From positions 1-64,000 of the forward strand of contig QPGO01000225.1 in NCBI GenBank assembly GCA_008632985.1: DNA of 64,000 bases. The letters run 5' to 3'. This stretch comes from Psammoneis japonica (Eukaryota). Under the pieces are notes generated by a model. That model was not told the origin of the DNA and did no database searches. It worked only from the letters and a program-made list of their open reading frames with translations. The position numbers and the translations under genes were made by a program. Positions 26,948 to 37,756 of the stretch are shown here, one piece after another (position 1 is the first letter of the stretch; each line of letters opens with the position of its first letter).

Positions 26948-27397
26948 TTATTGCTCACAACTGTTTGGGACCCGCCGTGTGTCTGTTGCTTTTCCACTCA
27001 TTGCAACAAACCAGACCCCAGGATGGCATGAATGACTGCTAGGGAAATCGTGTCGATTGGATTTGAACACCATCACATCATAGAAGAGTTGGCATGGTGT
27101 GTAGCGAAGCTTTAGCACCATTACCCAGGTAAGTATCACTCACACTGATTGGGTGGTAGTTTTGGTTCTGACGTACGGCGACTCTAACATGGTTTAACCA
27201 ATAAATCTAGGCGACGCTTGTCGATGACTCATGCGGACCTGATGTGGCGGAGATTTGATCTGTTACGACATCACACAGTACGCTGTGCAGCAAAAGATGC
27301 GAAGTGGTAGTCCGGGAGATCCAGCATAGCTTACTTTCAATAGAATAATAGACTTGTACGTATTCAAAAAGAAACGAATCATTGTTGTGAGCAACAA
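26948..27397. mobile_element. ~450-bp element with terminal inverted repeats (LTR-like or MITE-like)
   Basis: TTGCTCACAAC at 26951-26961 is the reverse complement of GTTGTGAGCAA at 27384-27394. The right end is ...ACA, with an internal AATAAA. No target-site duplication seen. Confidence 0.4.
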
Positions 27398-27599
27398 CTT
27401 GTTCAATGCTAGGGCCCTATGGTGCTAGGACCCTGGTTTGTAGCCATGTTGTTGTGCTAGCTACCAAAAAGAAATGGGGCACCACAACAGCGCATAAGCT
27501 CTTACCATGTAAAACACTGAGGGCTCTGCTGTGTATAGTGCATTTGATGTCATACAACGGGTTTTAAGCGGTTGTGAGCGGCATCAGCATCAAGTTTGT

Positions 27600-30500
27600 G
27601 CAATTTTCAATTGTCAAGTAATCAGATTAGCATGGATTGGATGGGATCTCACGCAACCTTTTCGTCCAAATTGCACACTGGTCTCTTGACCGACTATCTG
27701 GATTGTTGGCATGGCTGACATTGTCAGAGTCACTGTCTTTTGACTGGAAAGTAGGTGCACTCCAGCAACTTCACTTGGAGCTTTCCAATGTTTGCTCAAT
27801 CGAGGGCGTCGACGCCCCGCCCTTCCCTGAGCAGGGACAGGGTCACCCATTCCTGCTGCCAGCTGGGTTTCTGGGGCCCAGGCTCTGGCAGCAGGGTGCT
27901 GCACCCAGGGTTGGGGCTCGCACAGAGGAGGGTCAGGGTTTGGTTGGGGAACACCTGCGCAAATTTGATGGTGAAACCAGAGCTCCAACTGCAGCATGCG
28001 ACTGTCACATGCATTGATTTCAGGCCTCCAACAAATCAACAAAATTCTGCCAACACATCAATTTGGAAAATGAAGCAGATTCCTCTGCCACTCTTGATTC
28101 AGCTCACCATCTTTGAACTGAAACCTTTGTGTGTCAGGACAATTCAGAGGATGCTGCATCTCTTCTAGACTTGGATGAATCAAAAAGCAATCCACCAACT
28201 CTTGATCTTGAATGGTGCAGAATGAGGTGCTCAATTTGGGGCCCAAATTTTCTTTGAGTGATTCATCTTCAGGAGCCACAGCAGTCGGAGGAACAGAAAA
28301 ATCAACAATGGTGCCTTTCAACTCCACTCAAGAACTCTTCCCTTCCATGGTTTTCTCCACATGAGGAAATTGTGAAAAGAAATCAGCCAGAATGTTCTCC
28401 TTGCCCTTGACGCATTCAAACTCAGGTGCAAACAATTCTTTGAGAAAAAGGCACCAACACGAAGCACTCGTTGCGTGTTGAGCATCTTGAAAGTCAAATT
28501 CTTGTGATCTGTGTGGACTGTCATTTCAGCTCCCAACAATGTGGATCAGAATTCCTTGAAACAAAGAGATGCAGCAAGCATTTCCTTTTCCATGGCAGAG
28601 CAGTTCTTCTGAGCTGCATCAAGTTTTCGGGGCCAACACGCGATCAGCTTGCCGTTCTGCGTGATGACAGCATCGAGTTGACAATCGCTTGCATCTGCAC
28701 AATTCTGAAAAGGAAGGTTGTGATCAGGACAAGCATGCAATGCATCACCCACCATTACAGCCTTGATCTCTTCAAAGGCTTTTTGACAAGCTGGGGTCCA
28801 TTCAAAATGTTGCTTCCTGGTCAAATCCGTTGATGGCGCCAAAACGTGCAATTGCCGAGGCCACATGTCACGACAGCAACTGATGGCTCCAACAAAAGAT
28901 CTGAGTTGTGTGTGGTTCTTGGGAGGATCAAGCTTGAGCACTGCCTCTGCTTTCTTCTTCCAAGGCTTGATGCCTTCTGGAGTCATCCAATGTCTCAAAA
29001 AATTGGTTTCTTGAACGGCCCATTTGCACTTGAGCGGATTCACTTTCAAACTTTTTTGCTCTGGTCATTGCAATGCGGCACTCAATGCAGCTAGATGCTC
29101 TGAGCAAACCATGGAGAAGAGACTGACATCATCAACAAAACAATCTGCACCAATCTCATTCATCACTTCTTCAATGACAGCTTGAGCAATGTCTGCCTGC
29201 AGCAGGTTTCAAACCCATCACGAGCTGACAACATTGAAACTTGCCGCAAGGAGCAACAATGGTGCACAGTTCCTTGTTGGACTCTTCATCAAGTTCCAAA
29301 GCACAATGGAACACAGATGGAGGACCCAACTTGGTGAAATGCTTGCACCCCTTTCTCTTCTTGACAATGTCTTGAATTCTTGGCAAAGGACAGATTGGCC
29401 TTTCTCGTCAGGACCTCCTGGCAGACCACAGCCTGCCATGTTGAAGCGGCACACATCTGTGCTCCATTCTTGTGACTGAACATCAGTCGGAGGAGCTCGT
29501 TGAGCCGGATGAGCATTTGGTTCCTCTGAACTGCTCTGCACCTGATTTTGATTTGCGTGAAAATTCTGAGGCAAATTCTGTGGACCGCATCCTCGGCCCA
29601 TGCTGCTCTGGTTGTGACCACAGCCACATCCACCTTGACCATGTCCAAAACCATTGTTGGGGGCACATCCACCACGCCACATCCATGCCCAGTGCAGCTG
29701 GCATTCTGAGGACCACAAAATTGGCCTCCACAATTTCCTCAGCCTGGACATGGATTGCGACCTTGTCCACGACCTGCATCTCGGCCTGTGCTTGGTGAAC
29801 CTTGGCCACCACTCTGAAAATGAGGGTTTGGATTGCAGTTGGGACTCTTGGCATTCTCCCTGCAATTTTGCCACAAATGAGGTGCTGCAGAGTCCTTGTG
29901 CAATCAAACAACAGAAGTTGGGACCAAACCTCTCTTCTTGTTCCCGGCAGAATCCACGTCTCCAGCCTTGCCTTTCTTGGATTCATCTTCAGACTTGCTG
30001 GCACTCTTCTGATCAGCAAACCTTTTCTCATTGAACATGCACTGAACAACATCTTCCAAGGAATCAGTGCTGACATCCTTTCAAGTGCGCACACAATTCT
30101 GCTTCCACATCATCGGCACTCCCGTGAACATGTTGTTCTTGATCTGCTGCTCATTGAGCAAATGCTCAGTTCCTGGCAGCTTGTCAGCATGACATGACAT
30201 TTGAATCATCCTGTCCGCATGCTCACAAGGAGAATCGCCAAAGGGTTCAGAGAAGTTTTTCAAAAATTTAAACATCGCACCACGTGCTTGATGATTGCAG
30301 CATCGCTGATTGAAGCACGCAATTTCCACATCAAACCTGACCATCGTTTGGTCTGCTTCAGCCACACCCGAAACCAAATTGCTCCACATGTCTTGAGCAT
30401 TGTCTTCTGGTGCTTCTTCAAAATGAGTGAATTTTTCAGGCCCTTCATCACAAACCAGATGCCCAGTTGTTGGGCTGTGCAGGCGTGTGTGAGGTGTGAG

Positions 30501-33500
30501 CAGAACATGCGTGGAATCACCACTGAGTGAGTTGACATGCGGCGAATTTTCTGCCTGTGCACAATCTGCATGGTCTGCATGAAAGACAAATTTATGTTGG
30601 TCTCTTGGGGTTTTACATGTCATTGACATTTCTTTGGTCTTTAAAGCGCATGTGCCCAAATTCAAAAAAGTGAGGAACATCCCGAAATGCACTCTAGAAT
30701 CTGAGTGAAAAACATTTATTTGGTGGTCCAAACAGGGTTGTCTTGAAGCAATTCTAAAATTGTTGACATTGTTCAACACAGCCAAACATCCACTGTCACC
30801 AAAACAGAGTGTGGCCATTGGCAAAATGGTGCCCCCTGTCCTTCTCAAACACTGACAAAGCATGAGAACACACAACAACAACATGGCAAGCAACGCGAAC
30901 ACAATTCACGGATCTGCAAGAGTGTGTTTCCAGACAAGATCAAAGCCATTGGACAACATTTTGTGCTTGTTTGTTCCTGGGTCAAGTTGGGTTTCTTCTC
31001 AATGCTTGTTGTCATGTCATTTTACAACATTTTGACCCACCCCATGTTTTTTCGGCACAACTCTCAAAGAATTCTGCAGTGTGGAGTGAGCACTCGATGC
31101 CACACTTGCCGGTGAACTGAGGGCACATTTTCTGTTTCTCAGCGCCACTGTCACAGTTCTGTGCAAGTTTTGCTTTGTCCAAATCTCTGTGTTTGAAGGT
31201 TGGTTTGCACACAAAGCACGTGCCCTCAACGAGGCTCTCGCCAAATGCGACATTGCGTTTGAGGCAAAGAATGCACAGCAAAGAAAAGAGAAGGAAAGAA
31301 CAAGACACAGTGTGATCACAGTGAATGGTCTTGAAAAGTTGTCCATGAATGCTTTCTAAAAATCATGGGAAAAGCTGCGATTGACTGCAGCCACAGTTTT
31401 TGGGTTTCTGTCACAGAATTTCTTCAAGGCATCAACAATCCCCCCCGGTCATTCAAATCTCCCAAATCTTGCAGCTGATGGTGCAACTGTGATGATGCAG
31501 AAGTTCACTTCAATGATGACATGCGTCATTGAGACAAACGTCACTCAAGTGAATCAGAAGAGGAGACATCCCCTTTTCACACATGAGGAATTTGGTTCTG
31601 CAATTTGAGAAAAACTGTCTGATGTGTCCACTGAGGGTTTGTTCACACGACGGTGTTTGAGGGAGAGACATGATGATCATTGAAACATGTCCTTCCACTC
31701 AATTGTTCAACGGTTTTTTTTTTTTTTTCACAAAATGGAAGTGCAAAGCACGAGCACACAAAGGCAGCCCATTCCTTCATTTGATGAAATTTGGTCATCA
31801 TGTTCAGAAGCCTCCTCATCCACCAGCAGGATGTGCCTTGTCTCTGCCCTGTGCACATTCTTGACAGCAGGCTTGAAAGATGGCTGAGCTCAGAAAACAG
31901 GGTGGCAAAAGACCTGCTCTCTAGATTGAGGGCAAGATCATCAACTGTTGGACACAAAAGCAAGAAATGCCACAAAGAAGCAGCAGATGTTCAAATTGTC
32001 TGGCACCCAGCTCTTGTTTGCTTCTGGCTCACACCTCTGGTGGCCAGACAGCCATTGTTCCACCCACAAAAAGGCATGAGAAACATGTCGATCACAATGG
32101 CCTCTCAAAGAGCCCCACTCAAAAACATGAACATGTGATTTGCTTTTGAGATTCAACTTGCAACACCATGCAAACACCACAGTGTTTGTGCTTCAAACCA
32201 TTCTTGTCAACTCATTGTGCAGCACAGCACCTGGGCACCACAAAAAGCTGCCAAAATTGCAAAATGTTTGCAAATGGACACATTTAAATTCCAAAAATCT
32301 GTTGTGCATGTCTGTTGTGTGTGACTCTGTGCTGCTGGCACCACCTTGAGTTGGAGCAGCACAGCACTCTAAAACAGTGAGCCAAGTGTCAGTGAGAGCA
32401 GCAGGCATTTTAGCACGCGAGCCTCATTGCGGTCTTCCAAGCCTCTCTGTTTTCTTCTTGGAATTTGTTTGCTCCATGTGCACTGGCAGAGGAGGGCATG
32501 TTGGGGAATCAGCAGCACGGTGTGCTCAACAAGAAATTGTGGCTGAGAGCCCAGCACAAACAATCACTGCACACTCCCCCACATGGAGACAGCTTTGTTT
32601 TCTGGGTGCAGTGATGGCAGAAGGAAAAAACACAGCAGCCATGAAAGCATGCTGCTGCATTTTTCATTGCTGCACAAGTGGGGCCAAGATGCACTGGCAC
32701 CACAACCACGCCACTCATCATGGACATGACAATGTTCAAATGGTTGACACAGCTTGCATTGCTGCAAAAATCAACCAAATCATGGTCATCACCACAACAA
32801 AACAACGTCAGAAATGGAGCACAAAATTGAAAAGAACCCGGCAGAAAATGTGGAAACCCAGAGGAGCTGCACCCATGACAAGTTTTGACTTTTTTTGCTG
32901 TGGAATTGCTCACTTTGAACAGTGAATGTAAAAATGCTTTGAGCAGAGCATTTCCTTGGTTGCAACAGAGCACATGGGGGCACACACAGAATGCATCAAA
33001 ACTCACCTTTGCCAGCCTCCAACATGCAAACCCACATCATGTGTGAGACACCCTTGGCTTGCCCCAGCAATGCACCTGTGCAAATTTGCAGCTCTGATTT
33101 TTTTCATCAGCCCCTTTGTGGAGATGTGCAGTCAGAGAAATCATTGTTGCACCATTGCAGCAAAAGACTTTTTGAAAAACAACAAAACAAAAAAATCAAG
33201 CTGGGGGGCGACACTCTTCTGAGCCAAATGGCTGGTCTGCTGGCTCCATTTTTCTGGTGTGGTGGGGCAGGCAGCAAGTGCAAGAGAGGAGGAAGGGCAG
33301 GGTTTCTTGGCTGGATCTGCTGGGCTCTTTGCTGGAACAAGGAGAGGCAGCCAGCCCTTGCTTTCTTGCTTTCCTTCCATGTCCCAAAAACAAGAACAGC
33401 TCACAGCTGCTGGTGATGAGTTTTGCAATGGCGTCAGGAGCAAACTTGCTGTGTGTTCCTCACCATGTGATGACTTTGTCAGCCGAGACTGCAAGCTGCA

Positions 33501-33680
33501 ATCACTCATGGCCACAATCCGCGAAAGTGTGTGAGGGTGGTGAGTCAAAGTGCGAAGCGGGCGCTGGACCAAGGCACCGCGTTCCGCGGTTTAGTGGCTT
33601 GCTTGCATGCGCCATCCACAAGTTGCAGCACCGGCAGGTGCAGTGGGGCCCTGGCTGCTCTGCCAGTGGCTGGCAGGCCC
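27600..33680. other. TpA/CpG-depleted hypermutated domain
   Basis: TA nearly absent, contains a Gypsy remnant. Confidence 0.85.
28060..30400 (-). mobile_element. Ty3/Gypsy LTR-retrotransposon remnant (gag-like region, RT, RNase H), frameshifted
   Basis: LPRIQDIV.KRKGCKHFTKL, LELDEES, CFVDDV, KVNPLKCKWAVQETNFL, QLRSFVGAISCCRDMW, FEWTPACQKAFEEIK, DASDCQL, EKEMLA, VHTDHKNLTF. Confidence 0.9.
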
Positions 33681-34017
33681 TCTAGCTAGAGCCAGCTCCA
33701 CCATTCTAGGGCCCTCTCTCTGTCTGCGAAAACAGGGGGGGTGCCGACGGAAGAAGAGGGGGGGAGAGGGGGAGCGAAGCGACCCCGTTGCTGCTGCAAC
33801 AACAAGAGAGAAGGAAGGAAGAGAGGAGAAGAACGCAGCAATGGTGGAAGTGAGTGCAAGGTGCGTTGTGTTGTCGCATTTTCGTGGCGTTGAAGATGCA
33901 GATCATGAGCCTGTCGCGCATAAAAAATTTCCACGGTTGATTTTGTTCAGGCGCCACCGCCCCCCATTTCCCATCTTCCGTCTCGGCGCCAATTCGAGAT
34001 GCAACCATGGGCTGGAA

Positions 34018-37000
34018 TCAAAAGGCAAGCAATGAATCTACATTTAGAGACTGCTTTGATGAACACTGTTCATCGTGTGGTGCTCTTCCTCGAGCAGCCA
34101 CCCCCAACAAGTTTGTTTTTGAAAGATGGAATTCCCTCGCTCGGCAACAGCAGCATTTTTGGTTCAGATCCGACTGCAGATTCGGCGGCATCTGCAACAG
34201 CGGCAAAACTGTTGGCACACCATTCCAAAAGGGATTAACTTGAATCGGAGCACAATGTGGAACAGAACATGGATTGGGGCATGGTACAATCGGCACTGGT
34301 GGCAGCTGTCTTGGTGGAACAACCTCTTGCAAATTCGAAGGTTTCACTTTTTTCGCGCGCGGCTCCTCAGACGGCGGCGGTTGTTGAGACTTGGATTTTC
34401 TTTTGCATGGATTCTCCACACTTGCCATTGGGTTAGAATGGGTTGAACATGGGTTTCTTGTGCCACACTTGTTGCACATGCATCTGTCAGATTTTTTTCC
34501 GGATGCTGCTGCTGCTGCGCCGGTTGCAGCACTTCTTGTTTCGAGCTGCTCTCTCACGCGTTCCAATTGCTCCGGGCAAGCTGAAAAACACCGCTCACCA
34601 TCATCTTCTTTTAGTTCTTCGACATTCCCATGCACAGGATGGGGTGCTTCTGCTTTCTCTGCCAGCTTGTTGATGTGGTCAAGCTTGCTGTGGTTGAGAA
34701 AAGTGGGAACGCCTCGAAAGGCGCACGGAATCTTGGCGCGCTCGTCAGCCGTCAGTTCGTCTGTTCGGACACGCTCTCGCATTGACATGTTGCATTCACA
34801 CGTTCCTGCAAGGCACAGTGCATCTATCAGAGAGGATCTTGAACCAGTGTTTCCAAAATGCTTGACGACATGGTGACACTTTTCAAGCTTTGATTCCGTG
34901 CCAGTGGTTGTTACAAACGTGTCGAGCTTACACTTGGACCATTTTGAAGGCTTGACAACTCTGTGTGAGTCTTCACGTGGCAGCGGCTCATCAAGTCCAC
35001 GAGCCGACAATTTTGCGTTTTCAACCGCTGGCTTTGTATCTTCCGTAAAAAGCGGCTTCCCAGAGTCTGGGTCACACCGTCCGCCAGCTTCTGCCGCGCC
35101 GGGAGACGCAGAGCACTTGTGCCGATCGAACCAAGATTCCAGATGCTTGTTCCGTGTTTCGAGTGGGTAAGTCCACCTTCGAATGTACTTCTTGTAGTTG
35201 TTCCACTTCTCACTGTTCTTGATTTCCTCAATTTCTTCCGTCGTGTTCTTCTTCCCGCCAAGTTTCCCAAAGACAAGAGCATCAACTACCTTCGCCTCGT
35301 CGGATTCATCGTTGTACCGGACGCAATCCTTTAAATCACGAACCGCACGACAGCAATCAATGTGAGCACCTCGTAAAGTCCGAATGATGCGGTTTGTCCA
35401 GTGCCAAAGACCAAGCCTGCATGCAATGTCCTGACCAAAAATTTGCTTCCAAAACTCTTCCTTGTTGGGCCAAGCATCAGAGCAATGCACTTGAGGTTTG
35501 ACATTTGGACGCCTCGCAAACTGTTCAGCTGCATGCGCATGGTCTTTTGTTTCCAATGTTGGCACTGCTACAGCTGCACCAATCTCTCCAGTCTCTGTGG
35601 CCATGGTGAAGAGTCCCTTGCCGTTGTTGTCTTTGCAATTCTTCAATTGGTCAAAAGTGTGGTCGGACGCAACACTGATGCGACAACCAACGGATTGCAT
35701 TTCCCTCGTGTGCCGAATGTTGTCGCTTGTTCCGGTCTCGGTAAGGTTTGATTGCCGGACAAAATCATGCACATCTCTCACATTTTGTCCAGTGGGTCCA
35801 CAGCGACCGACCCAATCCTCGAACACCGACAAACCCGTCGCATTCCCTCCGCCAGCATCTTTTAACAAAGAATGGTAATTTTCCTCTTTATCAACAAAAG
35901 TCTCGCCTCTTTGTTGATGAAGAAAAGCAGACATGTCATCACCATTGCCACACTTCTTCATGGCATGGTCCACACATCGTGACGTTTCGAGCGACAGGTG
36001 AAAAGACGGATTCGCGGCTGTGCATCGTAGATCCACGGGATGGCTTGTTTGCAGAGGCCTCGGCAGCTTCTTAATTAGCTTGGGATCGTTCGCCTTGCAT
36101 TTACAGCCACATTTATTGCACTCATAGAGCATTGAGCTTGTCCAATCAGCAGCGCCACTAACTTTCAATGCTGGAGTCGGTGAACACTCCTTCTTGACAT
36201 CAAACTGCTGATGCATCATCTCGCCATCATCACATCCATCAACACATGGCAAAAACATGCCAATGAAGTTCAATTCCCAGCGGAGCAAATGGATTGTAAC
36301 GCCTTCAATCTCACTGCAGAGGTTGTCGGGAGTTTTGGTCATGTCATCACGTGGCACTGTAAATGACATGGCACCGGAAGGAAAATTCTTCTGACGCCAT
36401 TTAAGTTTCTTGGCATTCACCTCTCCGCCCATGATCTCATTCGAGTCCGCATGAAACCGAGATGGACACAAGTCCAGAAGGTGCAAAATCAAAGCCTGAA
36501 TGGGTGCAGGACAAGGAATCTTCTTTTTTTTACACGTTTCAATTCGTTTCCGAATCTCTCTCTTGAGCACCTCTCTAGAGAGAGGATCTTCTTCAACAAT
36601 GTTGCCAGAATGCTCCATGCTGTTCGACGTGACGGTGCTGATGGCAGCAGCAGTGGCGTTGGCAGCAGCGTTGGCAGCAGCAGTCGGCAACGAGACGGTC
36701 GTTGCAGATGGCTTGTTGTTTTTTGAAGCCCTGGTGCCATTGTGGAACAGTGCCTCCATGCCTTCCTCAGTTGGGGCCTGACAACCCGGCAGCTTTTTTG
36801 CGTTCTTTCTTGCGTCACCAGCAATGAAGCGATGGATGGCCGCGTTTCGCTCGGTGCTCATGTTCTTTCCATGGTGGATGGATTTTGGGCAGCTCGTGTC
36901 ATGACCCTTTTTGTAGGAGGGCCCTTGTTTGCACCTTTTGCACTCAACAACCTTTTCTTGAGTAGTGTGACTGTTTGGCAGAGTCAGAATTTGCAATTCT

Positions 37001-37356
37001 GCCTCCGCCGCCGGTGATGTTGTAAACCGAGGCGCATTTTTCCCCGACAACCCAGCGATTCCAGAAAAAGCTTGCTCCTTTGCTTTTTTCGTGGCTGCCT
37101 TTCGAGTCTGAGACTGAATGCCCATGGTGCTGGGAAGCTCATGGGAGAGATGCTTCTCCATTCTGCTGCAATTCCTTCTCTCAGAACTCTCTTGTGCAGG
37201 TCGGTGCTGATGATGAGTGAGATGAAAAAAGACGGGAGGAGTTTGAATTTTGTGTGTGGTGTCTTTGTCAGAGCGCCAGTGCTCAGACTGTGGCGCATCC
37301 GTCTGAGATGGATGAACCGAGGTGGCTGTGTCTGTGTTGCATTGATCGTCAAGCAA
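34018..37356 (-). CDS. Putative DDE transposase (MULE-related, SDHTF type), copy 1; ORF open but Tyr-eroded
   Basis: CxxC and CxxCxC zinc-binding segments. RNase H-like core VASDHTF..GLFTMATETGEI, second Asp in VHCSDAW, RLGLWHW (matching the C/DxxH motif), candidate Glu in GTESKLEKCHH. Real start is probably MGIQSQ at 37125. Confidence 0.6.
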   Translation of the reverse strand: MLDDQCNTDTATSVHPSQTDAPQSEHWRSDKDTTHKIQTPPVFFHLTHHQHRPAQESSERRNCSRMEKHLSHELPSTMGIQSQTRKAATKKAKEQAFSGIAGLSGKNAPRFTTSPAAEAELQILTLPNSHTTQEKVVECKRCKQGPSYKKGHDTSCPKSIHHGKNMSTERNAAIHRFIAGDARKNAKKLPGCQAPTEEGMEALFHNGTRASKNNKPSATTVSLPTAAANAAANATAAAISTVTSNSMEHSGNIVEEDPLSREVLKREIRKRIETCKKKKIPCPAPIQALILHLLDLCPSRFHADSNEIMGGEVNAKKLKWRQKNFPSGAMSFTVPRDDMTKTPDNLCSEIEGVTIHLLRWELNFIGMFLPCVDGCDDGEMMHQQFDVKKECSPTPALKVSGAADWTSSMLYECNKCGCKCKANDPKLIKKLPRPLQTSHPVDLRCTAANPSFHLSLETSRCVDHAMKKCGNGDDMSAFLHQQRGETFVDKEENYHSLLKDAGGGNATGLSVFEDWVGRCGPTGQNVRDVHDFVRQSNLTETGTSDNIRHTREMQSVGCRISVASDHTFDQLKNCKDNNGKGLFTMATETGEIGAAVAVPTLETKDHAHAAEQFARRPNVKPQVHCSDAWPNKEEFWKQIFGQDIACRLGLWHWTNRIIRTLRGAHIDCCRAVRDLKDCVRYNDESDEAKVVDALVFGKLGGKKNTTEEIEEIKNSEKWNNYKKYIRRWTYPLETRNKHLESWFDRHKCSASPGAAEAGGRCDPDSGKPLFTEDTKPAVENAKLSARGLDEPLPREDSHRVVKPSKWSKCKLDTFVTTTGTESKLEKCHHVVKHFGNTGSRSSLIDALCLAGTCECNMSMRERVRTDELTADERAKIPCAFRGVPTFLNHSKLDHINKLAEKAEAPHPVHGNVEELKEDDGERCFSACPEQLERVREQLETRSAATGAAAAASGKKSDRCMCNKCGTRNPCSTHSNPMASVENPCKRKSKSQQPPPSEEPRAKKVKPSNLQEVVPPRQLPPVPIVPCPNPCSVPHCAPIQVNPFWNGVPTVLPLLQMPPNLQSDLNQKCCCCRAREFHLSKTNLLGVAARGRAPHDEQCSSKQSLNVDSLLAF

Positions 37357-37756
37357 TGATGATGTGTGTTCTTTCAGAAAGCCCCAAGTGTTGCAGCGTG
37401 CATTCTTAGAATGAAGCGTTCTGATTGGTCCAATCTTCCATCGGCAGGGGGCTTTCGTCGGTCTGCGAAAACAGGGGGGGTGCCGACGGAAGAAGAGGGG
37501 GGGAGAGGGGGAGCGAAGCGACCCCGTTGCTGCTGCAACAACAAGAGAGAAGGAAGGAAGAGAGGAGAAGAACGCAGCAATGGCAGAAGTGAGTGCAAGG
37601 TGCGTTGTGTTGTCGCATTTTCGTGGCGTTGAAGATGCAGATCATGAGCCTGTCACGCACAAAAAATTTCCACGGTTGATTTTGTTCAGGCGCCACCGCC
37701 CCCCATTTCCCATCTTCCGTCTCGGCGCCAATTTGAGATGCAACCATGGGCTGGAA

